NCBI GenBank assembly: GCA_002256025.1
Contig: NKIB01000223.1
Coordinates: forward strand, 1 to 34,429
Source: Asterionella formosa
Taxonomy: Eukaryota
Direction of reading: 5' to 3'
DNA length: 34,429 nt
Shown here: positions 31,645-34,429 of the stretch, piece after piece
Layout of the letters: each line of letters begins with the position of its first letter
How positions within the stretch are numbered: position 1 is the first letter of the stretch
The notes under the pieces: generated by a model
What the model saw: the letters and a program-made list of their open reading frames with translations, nothing else
What the model was told of the DNA's origin: nothing
The model's database searches: none
Program-made: the position numbers and the translations under genes

Positions 31645-32706
31645 TTATGCCCAAACAGTTGGGGTCAAGTTGCTAGTTCCGAGCTCTTCCAATTTCTGAA
31701 AGGCTTTGCTGAAGTCAGCATTAAACTTGGCACCATCTGATCCATAGAGTTGGACATATTTGAAAAACGACTTGTCTTGGAGGAGTACCACGTCACTGGG
31801 GAGCATCATAAGGTTACCTCCCTTTCCATTACTGTACTGAAATGGACCTTCCCAATCTCGTTCCACCCACTTCAAATTAGCAAGAAGAGTAAAGTAGGCA
31901 TTATTAAAGGTAGTAGGAGTCGGGGTCCATGGACCGTCATAGCCAGAGGCAGTGGTATGACAGCGTCCCAAGGCATGAGCACCACTTAAAGCAACAATTT
32001 CCTGATCATTGAAACCCATGCGACCAAAAATGGCTCTCAAATGATCAGCATCAGCCTTGTCTGCTCCCTTGGCACCACTATCGGCATTGGGAAGGCGGCC
32101 GTCAGGAGTAACGGCCGAAGGGTCTATGGTGTCGACACGGCCACTGCTCCAAGGAATGGTAGGGCCTCCCAAGGTTTTAATGGAAGTAACTCCAGCCAAA
32201 GTGTAAAGATCCGCATACGAGAGGCCCGCATCTGCATACTTTTCATGGATTGGTTCCATCCATGCAACGGCAGTGTCAGGCAGTCCAGCGTTGGCTCCGT
32301 GTGAGAATTCTTCCTTGAATCGCATAGTCCCTTGTTGAGACCCTCCAGTTTTGGACATTTTGTCATAGGTTCCAGATGAGTGCCACGCCAAACGCACCAA
32401 CGTGGGACCCCAATCTGGGTTCTTGGTGATGAGTTCGGCAATGTCCAAAGCCACTGCCTTGTAATCGACACTAGTATCACCTGCATGTGCAGGTGAAGGA
32501 AATAGGGGTGTGGCTACAGATGCAGCAGTACACCCAATGATGGCGAGGAACGCTCGACGATCTGTGCTGCCAATTGTATCTTTGGCACCTGCAATCAACG
32601 TTGTCTTGGATCTTTGGATCGTGGGGATGCTGGAGAATGAGAAGCCTTCAACTTTGGTTCCTGAAAGAGCCATCAGCGCGCAAAGAATACCATGTGAGCG
32701 TTTCAT
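31645..32706 (-). CDS. Class I haem peroxidase (APX/cytochrome c peroxidase family) with tripartite signal/transit/Tat presequence, 353 aa
   Basis: Distal RLAWHSSGTYD, SYADLY.LAG, GRLPNA, proximal LSGAHALGRCH, GPWT, LMMLPSD. N-terminus: signal peptide ending VEG|F, then TDRRAFL...PAHA. Confidence 0.93.
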   Translation of the reverse strand: MKRSHGILCALMALSGTKVEGFSFSSIPTIQRSKTTLIAGAKDTIGSTDRRAFLAIIGCTAASVATPLFPSPAHAGDTSVDYKAVALDIAELITKNPDWGPTLVRLAWHSSGTYDKMSKTGGSQQGTMRFKEEFSHGANAGLPDTAVAWMEPIHEKYADAGLSYADLYTLAGVTSIKTLGGPTIPWSSGRVDTIDPSAVTPDGRLPNADSGAKGADKADADHLRAIFGRMGFNDQEIVALSGAHALGRCHTTASGYDGPWTPTPTTFNNAYFTLLANLKWVERDWEGPFQYSNGKGGNLMMLPSDVVLLQDKSFFKYVQLYGSDGAKFNADFSKAFQKLEELGTSNLTPTVWA

Positions 32707-33222
32707 CTTGGAACTATAATATGTCTGGTCAAGCAGCAGTATTCGCGAGTGCGAGATGTCTTAGGTATTCCGAGTTGAGTGAGGGATGATTCCAGCAGAT
32801 GGCAAGATGTGAAGTTTTTAGACAGAATCGGATTTGATGTGTCGCGGAACCATGGGAACCCCTCCATCACATCGCTGTCAGCCCGCCAGTACGTAAATGT
32901 AGGCGCTCCTGATGGAAGTCCAACAATGATTCGGTAAGCAAGTTGACATTCAAAGATCGCGGGAATGGTACCATTACCTGGTACCAAGGTCAAGTTTCGG
33001 TAATTGTGCTGAAACTAAATACCGGTATGTACATAGCTTTCTTTATCCCGTATTAAATTGTTCATTCAAGCAAAATGTCTGCAACTTGCAAGGAGTACAT
33101 ACCTGGTACCAGGTACCAGCTCAGCTTAGCAGCTACCATACCAACAAGCCGATTGTACTGGACGCTGGTACCAGGTACCAGGTGAAGTATCTAACTAGAA
33201 GTAGTAGTATTTGTTGAATATA

Positions 33223-33377
33223 TGAGCTTATTAATTAATCCTTATGTATAACTCATTTCCTGAACTGACATCAAAGTATAGAATGGGTGTTAGTCGAGTT
33301 CTCTCATTATTGAATTCCGATATATTTGACATAACCCCAACTCTATATATATCTATATCGATGTGCAGGATTGCTCA
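33223..33377 (-). mobile_element. 3' LTR (155 bp) of a Ty3/Gypsy element; PPT at 33378-33386
   Basis: On the minus strand: integrase stop, GTGGGAGAG, then TGAGC...GCTCA inverted termini. The flank reads ATATA (candidate target site). Confidence 0.8.
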
Positions 33378-33403
33378 CTCTCCCACACTTGAGGGAAAAC
33401 CTT

Positions 33404-34429
33404 TTACCTATGAAAAGGTTTGATACGACGAATATTAATTCGTTCGGTAATATGCATAGTGCGTTGAAAAGTAACTGTACCATTGGCATGTACTTGAATA
33501 ATAGTATAAGGACCTCGTCCACGATCATCCAAAGTAGTAGGATTATCCAATAATATTAAAATCTCGTCACCCACTTTGTAATCATAAGATCGACGACGGA
33601 AATTTGCACGACGTAAACGTTCGTCAATTATCACCTGTCGACGTTGATGTATTAATTGTAAATCTGTAATCAAAGGAATATTTAATATCATATCACGTTG
33701 GAAAACCCATGCTCCTGGTGAAATACGTAATATACTATGAATAGTAGCTCGAGCTGCATATGACGCAGCTGCAAAACATGTATCGACAATATTTTGGGCT
33801 TGAAATTCATTGATTGGAGGATGAGCCTTTAACATAACTCGTAGACTATTGCTGATAGATTGATGGAAACGTTCACAGATAGCATTTGCTTGTGGATTCT
33901 TTACTGTGGTAGTCACATCTTTGATTCCATTCAATACTAACATGTGTAAGAAAGGAGCACCAGTAAATTCACCTCCATTGTCATGTATACAACGTTCTGG
34001 ACGGGGATATCTGGCTAACCAATCATTTTCAAATTTCATTGCAATATATTCTGATGTTTTATTGATGATACGTGAAATTTCTGCTAAATTGGTGACTGTG
34101 TCAATACAAGTTAGAGCACGAAATTCAATCGTTTGAGCAGCCACTGTTATCTTCCATGGACCAATTAGATCTACTGCGACTTCTGACCATGGTAATAATA
34201 ATGCATTCCTGGGTGGAAGTTCACCAAAACCAGTACCAGGTAATTTTGTACGTTGACATGCTTCACATACTCTTACAATATGTTCCACTCTTGTTTTTAA
34301 TATAGGGTGATAAAAATGTGTAGCAATTGTAGCATTTAATCTTGTCATACCCACATGAGCTAACATCTGATGATACCAATTAATAATAGGATCCAATAAT
34401 GATGTAGGAATAGCAATACGCCAAGTATC
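33404..34429 (-). CDS. Ty3/Gypsy pol C-terminus: integrase (HHCC + DDE core), uninterrupted, runs off the right edge
   Basis: WYHQMLAHVG...CEACQ, VAVDLIGPW, CIHDNGGEF, NPQANAICERFH, GPYTI..VH.NGTV. Integrase is the last domain before the PPT/LTR (Gypsy order). The frame stays open to 34429. Confidence 0.95.
   Translation of the reverse strand, partial: DTWRIAIPTSLLDPIINWYHQMLAHVGMTRLNATIATHFYHPILKTRVEHIVRVCEACQRTKLPGTGFGELPPRNALLLPWSEVAVDLIGPWKITVAAQTIEFRALTCIDTVTNLAEISRIINKTSEYIAMKFENDWLARYPRPERCIHDNGGEFTGAPFLHMLVLNGIKDVTTTVKNPQANAICERFHQSISNSLRVMLKAHPPINEFQAQNIVDTCFAAASYAARATIHSILRISPGAWVFQRDMILNIPLITDLQLIHQRRQVIIDERLRRANFRRRSYDYKVGDEILILLDNPTTLDDRGRGPYTIIQVHANGTVTFQRTMHITERINIRRIKPFHR

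Overview
Eukaryotic nuclear DNA, very probably from a diatom. Evidence: short GT-AG introns, a bipartite signal+transit peptide, and diatom-type Copia/Gypsy LTR elements. Gene islands alternate with AT-rich, decayed transposon tracts. Host genes: nuclear cap-binding protein CBP20/NCBP2, a spliced multi-pass membrane protein, a plant-type trifunctional tRNA/RNA ligase (ligase-kinase-CPDase), a membrane-anchored PAPS sulfotransferase, a COQ10-type START protein, a GT49 (LARGE/B4GAT1-like) glycosyltransferase, a spliced type II membrane protein with a bulb-lectin-like C-terminus, and a class I haem peroxidase. Mobile DNA: the 5' end of a Copia element, a decayed Copia 3' end, two decayed IS630/Tc1-like transposases and the intact-looking 3' end of a Gypsy element. 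Top leads: (1) the Copia element at the left edge has no tRNA-type PBS; its PBS position is complementary to a 15-nt sequence inside its own LTR (Tf1-like self-priming), and that sequence is also one arm of a U3/R hairpin; (2) a peroxidase with an intact catalytic set and cytochrome-c-peroxidase signatures, carrying plastid + Tat thylakoid-lumen targeting; (3) a 78-aa orphan ORF with SIAMESE-like CPGAPRKP and cyclin-docking RRLNF motifs (candidate CDK inhibitor); (4) GGTACC/TACCGGTA motif clusters at gene 5' flanks, next to which all three LTR elements inserted. All family calls come from motif recognition by eye; no database searches were run.
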